A stretch of 17,980 nucleotides of DNA from Fonticula alba ATCC 38817 (lineage: Eukaryota; Protista; Nucleariida), in the NCBI GenBank assembly GCA_000388065.2, contig KK198105.1; one strand, 5' to 3'. This document shows positions 17,964 through 17,980 of this stretch, piece by piece. How positions within the stretch are numbered: position 1 is the stretch's first letter; each line of letters starts with the position of its first letter. Under the pieces are notes generated by a model. That model made no database searches. It saw only the letters and a program-made list of their open reading frames with translations, and had not been told where the DNA came from. The position numbers and the translations under genes were made by a program.

Positions 17964-17980
17964 AAAAAAAAATTTTATAA
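17943..17980 (-). repeat. 38-bp repeat (ORF731 start region), identical to 5697-5734; may extend past the window end
   Basis: Exact match up to the last base of the window. Confidence 0.95.

Overview
AT-rich, gene-sparse segment of a protist-type mitochondrial genome. Conserved Trp sites in nad5 are all TGG and TGA appears to act as a stop, so the code looks standard. Core genes: tatC (probably with a non-AUG start), nad4L-nad5-nad3 and a divergent rps7. RNA genes: five intact tRNAs (CAU, Leu-UAA, Lys-UUU, Tyr-GUA, Gln-UUG), a trnH cut off in its T-loop, and a candidate RNase P RNA between two divergent tRNA clusters. The accessory DNA is organised. (i) A module of tRNA-like element, A-tract and double hairpin occurs three times, and a related tRNA-like element follows nad3. 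(ii) An unknown two-gene cassette is present once intact and once decayed, in inverted orientation on either side of the tRNA clusters. (iii) A second unknown ORF family appears to be present twice, each copy next to the same module variant. (iv) The window breaks into blocks of a few kb that run G/T-rich to C/A-rich on the + strand regardless of gene orientation. Block ends coincide with the modules, a 27-bp inverted repeat and a 38-bp direct repeat. All alignments and RNA folds were done by eye; no database searches were run.
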